This document shows, piece after piece, positions 47,166-48,552 of a DNA stretch of 48,552 nt (positions are counted from its first letter, which is position 1; every line of letters starts with the position of its first letter). The DNA comes from Octopus bimaculoides. Lineage: Eukaryota. The position numbers were made by a program, and so were the translations under genes. The DNA lies in contig NC_068989.1 in the NCBI RefSeq assembly GCF_001194135.2, positions 95,288,142 to 95,336,693 of the forward strand, written 5' to 3'. A model generated the notes under the pieces. That model ran no database searches. It worked only from the letters and a program-made list of their open reading frames with translations, and was not told the DNA's origin.

Positions 47166-48239
47166 TTATTATTTGTTTTTATATATACATATATATANNN
47201 NNNNNNNNNNNNNNNNNNNNNNNNNNNNNNNNNNNNNNNNNNNNNNNNNNNNNNNNNNNNNNNNNNNNNNNNNNNNNNNNNNNNNNNNNNNNNNATATAT
47301 ATATATATATATATATATATAACACAACTGCAAAATTTTCTTAAGATCATTATTTTTTATATTTTAATGTTTGAAATAATTAATTCTGAGCTAAAAAGAT
47401 CTGAATCTGATGTAATTGCAGGTGAGGGTTGGGTTAGCGAGTGCAACAGTGTCAAAACAATGTTGTTAGGTTCACTTGCGATCTGTGAGAGGACAGGAAA
47501 TGTTAAAATATATTCCATTGTTTGAACTAAATGTTAAATGTTCGCTTAAGAAAACGGAAGAGAACGACAACAAGCAGGGAAGGAGGAGGAGGAGGTTGAG
47601 AAAGAATAAATTATAGAGGAGTGGGTTGACAGCTTGACAAGTGTGTCCGTGTGTGTGTGTGTGTGCTTCTGTGCGTGTGTGCCTGTGTGTGTGCCCGTGT
47701 GTTTAGGTACACGATGAAAATTGTCCAAGTGCATGACAGCTTTCAGGTTAGACGAAGGTCAAATGAATATTTTACATGGATGACTGGTCTTCGAGTCAAC
47801 TAAAACTGTGTGACAGTGTTTTGTTATTCCAACTATGTGAAGCAAAGACAATAATAGAGTGTTTGTAAAGAACATGACATGAATATGCATGTTGCATTGT
47901 ATTTTTGTAACGTGGGCGTTATAGCAGACTTTATTTAATTAGCCAAGAAAATTTAATTGGTTAATTAATTTTAATTTAATAAAATTAATTAAATATGCAA
48001 CGCAGTGAAGTATGAGTCGATCTTTACTCCTATGACGACAGCAACGAACAGTTTTCTTTTTATTTAGTTGTACGAGTATGATATAGAACAATTGCTGTTT
48101 ACTTTAAATCTGAACGAGCAGACGATCCAGCCATGACCATTCTGCCTTTGTAAAGGTAGGTGTGTGTGTGTGTGTGTGTATATCATATATCCGAATAAGA
48201 AGCACGATCTAAAGTAATCAAGTTCGTGCCTCACAGCGT

Positions 48240-48552
48240 TCATACACACATAATTTTTCCCGTCTGGCCGTATAGCCTTTTCCGTTTGTTTTCCTGTCTT
48301 GTTTTCTGTCCGCCACTACATTCTTCCATGGCAAGGTTTAATTTGTGTATACAAATTTAATTTGCGGTCCATGGGAAGAGCCGTTTTAACGATGCGTCCT
48401 ACCCAGCTCTTCGAAACGCCGGTGCTAAAACGGGGGTAGCTGATGAAGGAAAATATTCTCTATGTGGCTTGTGTGTTTTCTTGTCTACGTTTTGTTTGCA
48501 ATGTCCTGTACCCAGATATGCACCTATACATACAGGTGGATATCGGTATGCA
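48240..48552 (+). mobile_element. Structured interspersed repeat (family F) copy 2, longer at the 5' side, runs off the window
   Basis: Direct repeat of 46922-47134 at offset 1418. The 5' boundary is approximate. Confidence 0.8.

Overview
Repeat-dense, AT-rich eukaryotic DNA from a gapped short-read assembly. The SINE families and microsatellite style most resemble an octopus (coleoid cephalopod) genome; this is recognition from memory, not a database result. No intact protein-coding gene can be supported, and nearly all ORFs in the track are microsatellite or N-gap artefacts. The window is a mosaic of several tRNA-derived SINE families (labelled A-D here), three decayed mariner transposase remnants, 3' fragments of non-LTR retrotransposons (CR1/L2-like, R4/Dong-like, possibly Rex-Babar-like), two Helentron-associated-type non-autonomous elements, two MITEs and many microsatellites. 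The most interesting signal is a two-copy repeat (46922-47165 and 48240-48552). It carries all three hammerhead ribozyme core elements (GUC, GAAAC, CUGAUGA) with adjacent complementary stems I and III, but in the reverse of the canonical strand order; stem II is weak and activity is untested. A second repeat family (6035-6230, 14395-14485) reconstructs a Penelope-type minimal hammerhead. Several inverted repeat pairs could form long dsRNA if transcribed, and there is a pre-miRNA-like hairpin at 32506-32558.
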